Made by a program: the position numbers and the translations under genes. Positions 48,673 to 58,027 of a stretch of DNA of 64,000 bases are shown one piece after another. The stretch lies in contig JBIOIY010000007.1 in NCBI GenBank assembly GCA_044450345.1, forward strand, positions 1 to 64,000, in the 5' to 3' direction. Numbering within the stretch: position 1 is the stretch's first letter; every line of letters begins with the position of its first letter. Below the pieces are notes generated by a model. The model saw only the letters and a program-made list of their open reading frames with translations. It made no database searches and was not told where the DNA came from. The stretch comes from Thermodesulfovibrionales bacterium. GTDB lineage: Bacteria; Nitrospirota; Thermodesulfovibrionia; Thermodesulfovibrionales; UBA6898.

Positions 48673-49266
48673 TTAATGTCGCGGTGCCAGCGGTTGTGAT
48701 TCCTGCCACATTTTGGCCCAGTTCTGCTCAAACCTAGCAGCCAGCTCTGGCACTTCCCTTACAACGAGGACACACTCTGAATTTCTATCCCTAGCACTTG
48801 CTGTAAAATTAAACGAACCGAGCTCAACGCTCCTACTATCGACAGTAATGACCTTCTGGTGCTGGATCGCATACATGCTATCCACTCTGACAGGAACATT
48901 CTGGTTAGCAAGATATATCGCGGCAGTATATTTCTCGCCGAGCTGACTCTTATCAACAACAACCCGGACGTCCAATCCCTTGCGGGCCGCCTGTACCAGG
49001 GCGCCTGCGATTTCCTTCGACGTGAAAGAATAGGCTGCGACATGCACCGATGCCCGGGCCTCGCCGATGAAGCGTACAATAGCCGCCTCTGACTCAGGGG
49101 ATGGTGAAAACGCGACTTCGAACGAAGCCGTCTCGGGCACTGCGGTCTTTGAAGGGTGATTCATCAGGCGAGCCATGTCAAAAGCGGTCGCTTCCGAAGC
49201 TAATAACGCGACACAAATGGTAAGAAAGAAAACAAGCGATGCAGCTACATAACGATAGCGTTTCAT
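48673..49266 (-). CDS. Nuc-like phospholipase D family nuclease, exported
   Basis: Signal peptide from 49266; FSP, AAYSFT, single HQKVITVD...GSFNFT..A..RNSE motif. Confidence 0.85.
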   Translation of the reverse strand: MKRYRYVAASLVFFLTICVALLASEATAFDMARLMNHPSKTAVPETASFEVAFSPSPESEAAIVRFIGEARASVHVAAYSFTSKEIAGALVQAARKGLDVRVVVDKSQLGEKYTAAIYLANQNVPVRVDSMYAIQHQKVITVDSRSVELGSFNFTASARDRNSECVLVVREVPELAARFEQNWAKMWQESQPLAPRH

Positions 49267-49457
49267 GGAATATCTCCTATGGTAGTTTTTTGCGAAGCAA
49301 TGGATACTCACATTCGTATCAAGAACGTATGCTTTTTTCACGTTACACCTCCGGTTAATAACATTTGCTATAGAGATATTACCTGCCACTACCGTACCCC
49401 CCCTGCCCCGCAAGCTCATGGCCTAGTGGCAGCTTTGCATCGGGGGGGGTAACAGGA

Positions 49458-49883
49458 TCAAGATCTTCGCCTCTTACTTTTTGATGGTTTCGCAATATGC
49501 TCCTCGACCGTAACCTTAACCTTGAATCCGCCATCACCGCCGGTGTCTAACACAAAGGCCCTGAGTTCCGGGAATTTAGACAGAGAGCCCGTCACGCTGA
49601 GAAATTTATCAAATTTGTCATACACTCCGGTAAAGCTATAACACACATCTCCCACAACGATCGTATCAGACTGCATCTTTATTAGCGCCATCTTGTAGAT
49701 AGTGCCGTTCCATGTGTTAATGACAGTGGCTTTAACTTTATACGTCTTACCTTTTGTCATCGGGATGCAACGCTGGAACGCTGAAATAGCACCGCCATGC
49801 TTCTGAATATACTTAAGGTCGGCGACAGTAATATTACCGGCATCTACGGAAAGCTCCTCAAAATCAAATACAGTTTTTTTCAC
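49458..49883 (-). CDS. Hypothetical protein
   Basis: SD AGGAGGG; VDAG, VVGD.CY, DTGGDG motifs. Confidence 0.6.
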   Translation of the reverse strand: MKKTVFDFEELSVDAGNITVADLKYIQKHGGAISAFQRCIPMTKGKTYKVKATVINTWNGTIYKMALIKMQSDTIVVGDVCYSFTGVYDKFDKFLSVTGSLSKFPELRAFVLDTGGDGGFKVKVTVEEHIAKPSKSKRRRS

Positions 49884-50053
49884 CTTGTACCCTCCTTTAA
49901 TCAGGTGGCCGAGACAACGCTCATTCTTGTTAATCCTACTCCTCTGGAAACGGACATTGTCTTCCGCATTCTTGCCATTCTCTTTAAAAAGGTAAAGAAC
50001 CTGGGCGAAGATAGAGCGAACTCCGCCCAGGGCACTTGCTAAATCGGAACGTC

Positions 50054-51187
50054 TTAAGCGGCTGCGGACTCTTCAGTGGACGTTTTCTTGTACTTCAGTT
50101 GGCTTACGACACACTCGTCTTCGGAGACATCGTACCTAATTCCCTTATATTGAGGCTGGAAGAGGCAGCCGCCACCGGCGTAGGCGTAAAGGTATTTGAC
50201 ATCGCAGATACTGCCCACTTTCGGTACATCATGATTAGGCGGAATCGTCACATTACCGATGGGCAACAGCTTGCCGTCCGCGTAGACAGACATTTGTACG
50301 CTCCGTTTGTCGTTTAACTGCGTAATAATAACGGAAGCGTCTGCCGTAAACTTGAATTTTCTCTGACTACCTAATGACGCTGGCCGACCCGGGGAATAGC
50401 ATGCTGACAGGAGTTTAAAAACAATGCCTTCGCCGTTCTCTTTTTTGACTCTTTCGTAGAGCGCCCTTTTCTCCTGTGCTGTTACGGCAAGAGGTACGAC
50501 TTCAAGGCCGTTGCCTGTATGGTCGCGGAGGACTTCGCTGAGAGTCTCGTGGACTTTTACATAAGGCTTTCTTCTGAGATCTATCCCGCCGTACTCTAAT
50601 AACCCGAACGTGCAGAGTCTGTCACCCATGTTTTCACCGTCCAAAAAGATATTGCGGTTGAGACGCAGTACCGCATCCGCGATGACTGGAGAAACCGGAA
50701 CGAGGTACCCCTTTTTGTTGATGCCCTCCAAGACACCGTTCACTCTTACCGCCAGCCGATCGCCATCGAACTTTTCCTGCGCACCAAAGCTCGGGTTCTC
50801 TATTAACAGATCGACTTCTTCTGCCTCGATCGCGTTCAGCAGCTGAGGCACGTGCCCCGAGTTCTTCTTTATCTCGGGAAGCGAAACCAACGAAGATTCT
50901 CCGCTTACTGCATCGGGAGCACCCTCGAATACCTTGCCACTTACGCCGGGATTTGAATCATAGGGCGGGCTGGATTGAAGTTTCTCCTTGAGCAAGCCCT
51001 CATATATCTTTTCACCCTTTTCCTGGGAAACCCCACGGCCCTTGTTGCCGTATGTGAGTGCCCTGCCGCGTTTGCCATAAGCCGTAAGAACGTTGAACCC
51101 ATCCTCCGTTTTTTCGAGGGCAATGTGATAGACTTTGTCAGTGCCGTTCTCCGTCTTACAATGCAGATCAATCGTTTTTACTATCAT
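50054..51187 (-). CDS. WGR domain fused to ATP-dependent DNA ligase-like core
   Basis: DKVY...YGKRG; QEKFDGDR, LDGE, EGIVFK, KFKF, OB-fold VKYL..LFQP.Y.GIR.D. Confidence 0.8.
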   Translation of the reverse strand: MIVKTIDLHCKTENGTDKVYHIALEKTEDGFNVLTAYGKRGRALTYGNKGRGVSQEKGEKIYEGLLKEKLQSSPPYDSNPGVSGKVFEGAPDAVSGESSLVSLPEIKKNSGHVPQLLNAIEAEEVDLLIENPSFGAQEKFDGDRLAVRVNGVLEGINKKGYLVPVSPVIADAVLRLNRNIFLDGENMGDRLCTFGLLEYGGIDLRRKPYVKVHETLSEVLRDHTGNGLEVVPLAVTAQEKRALYERVKKENGEGIVFKLLSACYSPGRPASLGSQRKFKFTADASVIITQLNDKRSVQMSVYADGKLLPIGNVTIPPNHDVPKVGSICDVKYLYAYAGGGCLFQPQYKGIRYDVSEDECVVSQLKYKKTSTEESAAA

Positions 51188-51402
51188 ATGTTCTCCCTCT
51201 CTAAAGTAGTATTGTTGGCGTCGGTCTCACACATGGTCTCCTCCAAAATATCCCTGACGTCAATAATCGCGCCGGCTGTTCTGCCCTTTTTACGGATTAA
51301 CTCATCCTGCAGCTTTTGTCTGTCAAGCCATTTCCTGTGGTCGTTCATCTGCTTGATGGAGGAAAAACCTAATGCCTTTGCTATTTCGTGTGTGTCACTC
51401 AT
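51184..51402 (-). CDS. Small hypothetical protein
   Basis: SD GAGGAG; overlaps the next start (ATGA-type). Confidence 0.5.
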   Translation of the reverse strand: MSDTHEIAKALGFSSIKQMNDHRKWLDRQKLQDELIRKKGRTAGAIIDVRDILEETMCETDANNTTLERENI

Positions 51403-51493
51403 GCTGTCAATCTCCTCTGCGCTTTGTCGTAAGAAATATTTGCGGCTTCGATAACATATTTATCACGCCAATACGTGTCCAACCCGCCGGAGT

Positions 51494-51772
51494 TCATGCT
51501 TGAACGTCTCTGATCTCCACCAGGTCGTACACGGGGATGGAGAGCTCGCTGGCCGGCGCACAGTTGGTATACAGGATCTTGTCTCCGTCCACTTCGACTC
51601 TCCCCTTCAAAGGAATGCGGGAAGAAAAAACACAGCAGGGAATGGTCCTGAGCCTTTTCTCCATCCCCTTAAATACCCGGCGCGTCGCTCTTGAATGCGA
51701 CTTGTCATTGTTTCGGTGCCTTACGACATAGATTGTGCCCTCTTTGAGAGCAGCTACATCTATTACTTTCAT
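51494..51772 (-). CDS. Small hypothetical protein
   Basis: SD GAGGAGG, 92 aa. Confidence 0.55.
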   Translation of the reverse strand: MKVIDVAALKEGTIYVVRHRNNDKSHSRATRRVFKGMEKRLRTIPCCVFSSRIPLKGRVEVDGDKILYTNCAPASELSIPVYDLVEIRDVQA

Positions 51773-51848
51773 TGTTGACCTCCTCAGAAAAAAGGAGGGC
51801 CAGAGCCTTGTGCGCGTCTGGCCCCATGATTGTTATGCTGCGTTTTCC

Positions 51849-52067
51849 TTATCCTTCTTCTTCTGAACGAAGAAAAGACGGGATATCGCCCTCTGCCAGA
51901 GCGGCGTCCTCGACTGTGACTATCTCGTTGTGGACAGCACCCTCCCCATCGTGGAAAACCAGCTGTATGAGGTTTTCGATGATGTCCTCTGTTGCCCTAT
52001 CGACCATCTCTTTGTCGTCGAGATCAACGATATTGCCGATGACGAACTGCACTCTTCCGAGTCGCAT
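51849..52067 (-). CDS. Small acidic hypothetical protein
   Basis: SD AGGAGG; followed by GGGCCAGA..TCTGGCCC hairpin and T run. Confidence 0.55.
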   Translation of the reverse strand: MRLGRVQFVIGNIVDLDDKEMVDRATEDIIENLIQLVFHDGEGAVHNEIVTVEDAALAEGDIPSFLRSEEEG

Positions 52068-52077
52068 ATTGTCCTCC

Positions 52078-52959
52078 TTATGCCGCCTTTCTGGCCGGCA
52101 TCTTTTTGGGTTTCGATTTTCGTTGCGTAAGACACTGAGCAGGATCCCATCCCATCCCCTTCCACACAGCCGGGTTTATAACCAGCGGGCTTGTTCGCTT
52201 AGTCTGCAGATTGATGAAGACGCCGTGTTGTGTAAGGAAGCCGTTTCTGAAAGCGTCCCACAAAAGTGTCAGCGCAAAGGTTGAGACGACGGTGTTTATT
52301 AGGAGGTCTTGACGCTCAATGGCCTCACGGATTCCGCATGACGGACCCTGATAGGACTTTGCTTCTTCTTTTCTTAAATTTGGATAGAGGTCTATTACGG
52401 TGGGGAGATGCCCGATACAGTCGCCCAAGTTTTTCGGCTGTTTGATATAATCCCCTGTTCCAAGGATACACTGGCCCACATTCTTCGTGTTCCCCATATC
52501 GAGGTGGTAGATCGGTTCGTTCTTAACTGCCTTGTGGACCAGTTCCCTCGCAGCAACGTTATCTACCGCCGTAATGACTATGTCTACCCCTTTTTTCGAA
52601 ATCTCATCGACGTGATGTTTCTCGAAATCAAAAGGGAGAGCTTTCCAGCGCAGGCCGAAGAAATGGTTCACCCTCGTAACGAGACACTCCGCTTTGTTCC
52701 TCGATATATCGCTGGGCGAAAATAACTGGCGGCCGACGTTTTCCGGGCCGACAATGTCTTTGTCCATGACCCTGAGATTCAGGCCGCCATGTCCCAGCGC
52801 TCTGAGGGCGAAATCCATGCGCGCAAGTCCCGTGATCATGGGTCCCCCGTTGCCCCCGACGCCGATAAGAAGTATCTCGACGGCCTCGTTCCCACTTGTC
52901 ACGAGGTCAGCGGGCAGGTAATGCTTGAAATTGCTAGAGATAGGACTAACTTTCTGCAT
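52078..52959 (-). CDS. PRTRC system ThiF (E1-like) protein
   Basis: IGVGGNGG, D.D.V...NVGRQLF, NKA, VDN..AR, LDMGN...GQ, PSC...A...Q.L.IN. Confidence 0.9.
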   Translation of the reverse strand: MQKVSPISSNFKHYLPADLVTSGNEAVEILLIGVGGNGGPMITGLARMDFALRALGHGGLNLRVMDKDIVGPENVGRQLFSPSDISRNKAECLVTRVNHFFGLRWKALPFDFEKHHVDEISKKGVDIVITAVDNVAARELVHKAVKNEPIYHLDMGNTKNVGQCILGTGDYIKQPKNLGDCIGHLPTVIDLYPNLRKEEAKSYQGPSCGIREAIERQDLLINTVVSTFALTLLWDAFRNGFLTQHGVFINLQTKRTSPLVINPAVWKGMGWDPAQCLTQRKSKPKKMPARKAA

Positions 52960-53632
52960 GGCAATCCTCCTCATCGACAGAGAATATATCGGCGCTGGGG
53001 CCATTAACGAAGAAAAACCCTTCAACGCAGTACCGGGCTGTCCAGTCGAATAACGGCCTGCCTTCCGCCGATCGGTAGTTTCCGACGACGACTGAAATTT
53101 TGACTCTTCCTCTGTCGCTGATGTCGTCGAGTTGTGAGAAGCGTGGCTCCATCACGTGATGACTGTGTATGTCCGCAACAATGGAATGCCCGGGGGCAAG
53201 TTCACGTTGAAGACAATCCAGAAAGTCGACCGTGACAGAAGTAGACGTATAGGCCAGCTTCACCGGCAGGAACGCCGCGCCGTCCCAGACCACAAAACCG
53301 GCCCATTCTTTCTTTCTTTCCGCATACGCCGCTGCTTCTTCGATCATGTGCTCTTTAAAAAGAGGCATCACGTAATCATGGAGGACAGGGAGAAAGTCGT
53401 CGCGCTCCTCGATAGAGCCATACGGCAAAGGGGGAAGCTGCCTCGGGCAGTCCCAGAGTTTACGCACCAGGCCGCCGAAAGCACACCTGGTTTCGATGTA
53501 GAGACCGTCTGAAGCCATCAGCAAGCGCGTCTGACCCTCCTTACAAGGGGCCAGCTCAGACTTTTTGGGCACCATGATAGTCGGAAAAACTGTTTGTAGC
53601 GCGCGGTCAAAGAGGTTAAGCTCAGTAATCAT
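52946..53632 (-). CDS. PRTRC system protein A (JAB/JAMM peptidase)
   Basis: D.ALQ..FPT.MVP, RLLMASDGLYIE, E.AG, DIHSH....RFS..DD.SD. Confidence 0.85.
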   Translation of the reverse strand: MITELNLFDRALQTVFPTIMVPKKSELAPCKEGQTRLLMASDGLYIETRCAFGGLVRKLWDCPRQLPPLPYGSIEERDDFLPVLHDYVMPLFKEHMIEEAAAYAERKKEWAGFVVWDGAAFLPVKLAYTSTSVTVDFLDCLQRELAPGHSIVADIHSHHVMEPRFSQLDDISDRGRVKISVVVGNYRSAEGRPLFDWTARYCVEGFFFVNGPSADIFSVDEEDCHAES

Positions 53633-54362
53633 TAGCGCTCCTTTTGTAGAGATCTCTCACCTTGCCGGCTTTCACTAGACACTCGCAAGGGAATTCTGTT
53701 TTACCGCTTCCCACAAGGGACTTCCAGAGGCCATCTCCGGTGGTGCCTTCGAGTGTAGGCGGGTTATGAAACGTGAATGCACTTCTAAAAAAGAGATCCT
53801 CCAACTTAGCGGTATCCGAGGGAGTGGGGTGTTCCGGAAGCTTCACGTTCCCCATGCACTGCCAGTTAAAAAACGGCGTGTAGTACATCTCGGTGTCAGG
53901 CGTCGGCCGCTTGTTCTCCTTTAGGGCAAAAGTCGATAGCCCGCTTCCGTTGAAGCGGAAGAGGAGAGCAGGCAGCGGCGCTTTCCCCGAGGGGATCCCA
54001 GTGCTCTTATCAAAAAAGAGATGTCTTGTTTCGGCGGGCCGCCACCAAAGCATTGTGGTATTGAAAGAGGTGTAGCCGATCACGTGATCGGGAAGAAACG
54101 CCATCTGATCGTTGAGCGAGGGCATAACCCGTTTGAGGAGCTTCATAAGCTTTCTCTTACTGATGGGTGAGCCCTCGCACGCTTTCCCGCTACGGAACTT
54201 GTGAAGAGAGAGAAAATGACTCGGGGCCGAAGGACCGGCGTTGTAATATGCCTCATACCCCTTTTCCTCTCTTACGTCACCGTCTCTGAGCCCGTAGACT
54301 ACCAAAGCAGCCTCCGCCTCGTAGCTCATACGTTCGAGGTCTTTTATCCCTTCGTATTCCAT
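53622..54362 (-). CDS. PRTRC system protein B (prokaryotic E2-like)
   Basis: WWRPA..R..FF, P.PALLF, FAL....RP...T..Y..PFFN..CMGN, FF.SAFT. Confidence 0.85.
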   Translation of the reverse strand: MEYEGIKDLERMSYEAEAALVVYGLRDGDVREEKGYEAYYNAGPSAPSHFLSLHKFRSGKACEGSPISKRKLMKLLKRVMPSLNDQMAFLPDHVIGYTSFNTTMLWWRPAETRHLFFDKSTGIPSGKAPLPALLFRFNGSGLSTFALKENKRPTPDTEMYYTPFFNWQCMGNVKLPEHPTPSDTAKLEDLFFRSAFTFHNPPTLEGTTGDGLWKSLVGSGKTEFPCECLVKAGKVRDLYKRSANDY

Positions 54363-55351
54363 ATTGAATAACCTCCCGACATGACACTCTCAAGGAGCAC
54401 AAAGGAACGAATCGCTTCCTTTACGGCCTCGAGGTTTCTTTTGTTTTTTACTGCGAAAGCTATGCAAGGGGCGGACAAATTGCCGCAATCCTGGCTCCAC
54501 ACTTCCAACTCGTCCTGGATGGCTCCGTGAGTGCTCCACATCAAGTTGAAGAAGTTCTCCATAGAATTCCGGTCTCCTGAGTCGTCATGGATCACATCAA
54601 CCTTCTTAGCGTCCCATCTCGGCCAGGACTCGAAAAGCTCGATAGCCGTTGCGACAAACCAGTTCTCCTTGTCCGTCAGCTCCCACGCCGTCTTCTTATG
54701 AAGAGACTTGATCTTGCGGACGAGTCCGGGGTAGGACCCCTTCATGTGTATTACGTGTTTTTCGTAGTTGTCCGCCTCTTCCTCGGCCATCGTCAGGGTA
54801 TCATCTCTGTCTTCGGAGTCATAGCCTTCCGACTTGTCCATCTCATGGTTGTCCCGCATCGTTTCTAAAAAGTCGGAGGCTGACGTCCTTGGCGATATAA
54901 TGTCGAGCAGATGGAAGATGGTTCGCATAAGGGGATAGATATTGGGGCGTTCCTCTTTGAGCTCTAGAAGAAACTCGGCATAAAAAGAGTAGATTACCGC
55001 CACCTCGAGAGTCACCGAAAGGAGTGGCTCTTCGGACTGCAGACCGAAGAAGTTGTACTGGATGGAATGATAGACAGACAAGCCATATTCCTCCTGATAG
55101 TCACGGAGACCGGGGTTCCGATCAAAAAGTTCGTCGAAGACCGAGGCGAACTGGACTTCCAACAGCCCTTTGATCTCTTTCCTTAAGGCTGTGATATCGC
55201 CTGCCCTGTAGCACCCGGAGGATTTACTTCCTCCGAGTGACAGGTAAAGCTTTTTCAGGTCCTCTTTTGCCTCCTCGATCCGCGCGTTCAAGCCACAGGC
55301 AACGGCCAGCGGCACTGAAAAGGGTATTTTCGCGAAACTGGGGAGTTTCAT
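54344..55351 (-). CDS. Probable PRTRC system protein F
   Basis: Position between C and B; N-terminal LP.F..IP; acidic helical protein. Confidence 0.55.
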   Translation of the reverse strand: MKLPSFAKIPFSVPLAVACGLNARIEEAKEDLKKLYLSLGGSKSSGCYRAGDITALRKEIKGLLEVQFASVFDELFDRNPGLRDYQEEYGLSVYHSIQYNFFGLQSEEPLLSVTLEVAVIYSFYAEFLLELKEERPNIYPLMRTIFHLLDIISPRTSASDFLETMRDNHEMDKSEGYDSEDRDDTLTMAEEEADNYEKHVIHMKGSYPGLVRKIKSLHKKTAWELTDKENWFVATAIELFESWPRWDAKKVDVIHDDSGDRNSMENFFNLMWSTHGAIQDELEVWSQDCGNLSAPCIAFAVKNKRNLEAVKEAIRSFVLLESVMSGGYSIWNTKG

Positions 55352-55680
55352 TAAATTACCTCCAGGGCCTCCGAAGGAGTAAGCTCGGGATCCTCGTCGT
55401 CTTCCTCCAGGATGATGCGGGCAATACCCTCCATAAATACAAAATCGGGGCCCGTTCCCCGTTCCCCTCCCTTCGTACCGACCTTGGTAACGAAGGTATA
55501 GACAAGGGCGTCAGAGTCCTGTGAGAGTTCAGGCCCCTCCACGTTTGCGCCTATGAGAGCCGGATACGCCTCGCTATAGGCCGCCATTATCTCCTCCGGT
55601 GTGGCATCGCTGTCGATATCGTCCAAAATTAACTGCTCATAGCGAAATTTTCTGGGCAGTGCTTCGGTTGTCTTTTCCAT
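55351..55680 (-). CDS. PRTRC system protein C (ubiquitin-like) with C-terminal extension
   Basis: L.R.F.Y..L.L.D, TPEEI...YS..YP.L..A.VEGP, Y.F..KVGTKG then 38 more residues. Confidence 0.85.
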   Translation of the reverse strand: MEKTTEALPRKFRYEQLILDDIDSDATPEEIMAAYSEAYPALIGANVEGPELSQDSDALVYTFVTKVGTKGGERGTGPDFVFMEGIARIILEEDDEDPELTPSEALEVI

Positions 55681-56274
55681 TTAGGCTGCCTCCTCCTCAA
55701 GCTCCTCAGACCCTGGGGCCTCTTCCTCTTCAGCGTTGCCCGCCGCTTCTGTACCCGAAGCGGAACCGGTAGTGGCAGTTGTGTCCTTTTTCTCTGCGAC
55801 ATCTTCGCTCGTGATAGAGCCAAATAGACCACCTTCCGGTTCGCTCTTACCTTTTTCCGGTTTCTTTGCATCCTTAGCGTCAGCCTTTACTGCTGGCTTC
55901 GCTGTCGTCGCCGGTTTCTTGTTTTTCAGCGACTTGAGCGTCTCATTAAGGGCCTCGGTGCTCTCGTTGATCGCGTCTTCCAGGCTCTTCGCCGTCTGGA
56001 ACCTCTTGCTGATTTTCTCCTCGAATGTCTCGGTGAGGACCTCCGGGGATTCAGCGAAGGCGAGCACCTTATCCAGCTCCTTCGATGCCTTATCAATCGC
56101 CTCGATAGACGCCTTGGCGTCCTTGTCGTTGCTGTAGGAACTTTCTTTCTTGATAAGGCTGTGGGTGTTTTTGTACATAACGCCAAGCCTGCCGTCCTTG
56201 TTCTTTTTGACGGTGATGCTGATGCTGCCGTCGTCGGGGATATAGTTCTGCAAAAGGGTAAAGTTGATAAGCAT
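55681..56274 (-). CDS. Probable PRTRC system protein E
   Basis: N-terminal F..L, L....SPE.L..F, Lys/Ala/Pro-rich then acidic tail with GLF; first gene of the cluster. Confidence 0.65.
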   Translation of the reverse strand: MLINFTLLQNYIPDDGSISITVKKNKDGRLGVMYKNTHSLIKKESSYSNDKDAKASIEAIDKASKELDKVLAFAESPEVLTETFEEKISKRFQTAKSLEDAINESTEALNETLKSLKNKKPATTAKPAVKADAKDAKKPEKGKSEPEGGLFGSITSEDVAEKKDTTATTGSASGTEAAGNAEEEEAPGSEELEEEAA

Positions 56275-56552
56275 GCTGTTTCCTCCTGAAAATTACAAAT
56301 TCGTTTAATGAAAGTGCCCCGCGGGTCGTCAAAGACGCACGCCACGGGGCCTTTATGGGGACTGTTACGATGACTGATGAGATTGAAAAAACTGATCTGC
56401 TGAGGCTACTGGATTGTGATGGTATCGCCGCTATTTGCCGGATTATCAGAGACTATGTAGCCTCCGAAAAGCAAAGCAGCCTCTTCGCGAGGTTTTGCCC
56501 TCCACTTATTGGGGCCTTTGCATGCGTCCTTGCGTCCGTGAAACAATCTCAC

Positions 56553-57822
56553 TTGACATCCTCCCCATCCTAAAAACGAGGATTCCAGGGAAGCGGCTTA
56601 TGCCGCTTCCTTTCGGGTTCCTGCTTCATCGAGGGGCCTTACTGCGCCGACCTCTCCACAGGCTAACACGGCATGCCCTGCCGCTAAAATATTCAGTGCA
56701 GCTACATAGTCGGCGTTCGCCGTATAGCGACATCTGAGACATCTAAAAACAGATTGTGAGCTTCGATTATTGGGGTGGATGTGTCCGCACTCCGGACATC
56801 TCTGGGATGTATGCTGAGGTGGTACCACCACAAGGTGTCCGCCTCTCCACCATTGCTTGTAATCGAGCATTCTTCGGAACTCATACCAGCCTTGATCGAG
56901 TATCGCCTTATTCAGGGCAGACTTCTGCCTGACCTTCTTCCCAGGATTCTCCTTTGTTCCCCTTGCCGTAGACGACATGTTGATTACCTTCAGGGCCTCC
57001 ATTGCGACCAGAGCGTGGTTTTTGCTTATGGTCGTACTGATTTTGTGAAGGTAATCTTTCCTCGCAGCGGCTATGCGTGCGTGAACTGCATTGACCCTGG
57101 CCCTCTGCTTATGCCAGTTCTTCGAGAACTTCACCTTTTGAAACAACTTCCGCTGTTGCTTGGCCAGTTTCGTCCCGAGTGTCTTAAGACTGTTTAGCGG
57201 CTCGAAGAACGTTCCATTGGACAGAGTGGCAAATCTGGTAACGCCCATGTCGATACCAACCGCATTTTTAGAGGGGTGCACTGGGTCTGCAACTTCGATC
57301 TCGACTTGGATGGCTACATACCAGTGCTTCCCATGACGTGAAACGGTAATGTTCTTAGGGGTCCCCTCGATCTCTCTACTCTTAAAGAAAGGCACCCAGC
57401 CTATCTTCGGCAAATAGATGACATTTCCATTAATCACAAAACTCTGCGGATATCGGAAGGAATCATGGGTGCCTTTCTTCTTGAACTTTGGGAATCTCGA
57501 CGTCTTATCAAAAGCATCCCGGATTGCCCTATAGAGATCCTTCAGTGTCTGTTGAAGCGGCTGTGAGTGAACCGCACTCAGAAAGCAGAGGTCCCTGTCT
57601 TTTTTCCAATCCACCAACAACCCGGCCAGTTCGTTATAAGATAGATAAAACTGTTTGTTTGCCAGGCGCTCTTTTTGTATGGCAAGAGCTTTATTCCAGA
57701 CAAATCGGCTACAGCCGGAAGACTGCCGCAGCTTCGCTTCATGGTGAGGTTTAGGTTTAAGACAAAATCTATAGCCTTTTCGTATCAGCATCTTGGTTAT
57801 TTAATGGAATCGGTTCCTGTTT
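56553..57822 (-). mobile_element. IS200/IS605-family (tnpB-only) element
   Basis: Right end GGAATCCTCGTTTTTAGGATGGGGAGGATGTCAA ending at 56553; left boundary inferred after TTGAC; no tnpA. Confidence 0.75.
56598..57791 (-). CDS. tnpB: TnpB RNA-guided endonuclease
   Basis: HTH (YRF.L.P, R.VWN), RuvC VGIDMG, AME.L, zinc finger TSQRCPECG...CLRC, ADYVAALNI. Confidence 0.93.
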   Translation of the reverse strand: MLIRKGYRFCLKPKPHHEAKLRQSSGCSRFVWNKALAIQKERLANKQFYLSYNELAGLLVDWKKDRDLCFLSAVHSQPLQQTLKDLYRAIRDAFDKTSRFPKFKKKGTHDSFRYPQSFVINGNVIYLPKIGWVPFFKSREIEGTPKNITVSRHGKHWYVAIQVEIEVADPVHPSKNAVGIDMGVTRFATLSNGTFFEPLNSLKTLGTKLAKQQRKLFQKVKFSKNWHKQRARVNAVHARIAAARKDYLHKISTTISKNHALVAMEALKVINMSSTARGTKENPGKKVRQKSALNKAILDQGWYEFRRMLDYKQWWRGGHLVVVPPQHTSQRCPECGHIHPNNRSSQSVFRCLRCRYTANADYVAALNILAAGHAVLACGEVGAVRPLDEAGTRKEAA

Positions 57823-57827
57823 GTCAA
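57799..57827 (-). promoter_or_regulatory. sigma70 promoter for a leaderless tnpB mRNA
   Basis: TTGACA-17 bp-TTAAAT, 7 nt upstream of ATG 57791; no SD. Confidence 0.65.
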
Positions 57828-58027
57828 GGGGCAACGGACGGGCAACGGACACATTTTATATTCCCTTCCCTTGAAGAAACGGGGTCTTGCGATGCTACCA
57901 CGATAAATAGGCATTACTGATCTCCTTTCACTGTGTGGTTAGCGAAAAAAGTCTAAGGCGGTAAGGCAACGCATCTTGACAAGCTTATGGATGTTACATC
58001 CATTAAGGATGCTGCGCAGCTTCGCTC

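Noticed and set aside
56455..56540. c-di-GMP-I riboswitch (GGCAAAACC...GAAGAGG on the - strand)
   Set aside because: The GACGCAAAGC and P3 elements are not in the required order; kept only as a generic structure.
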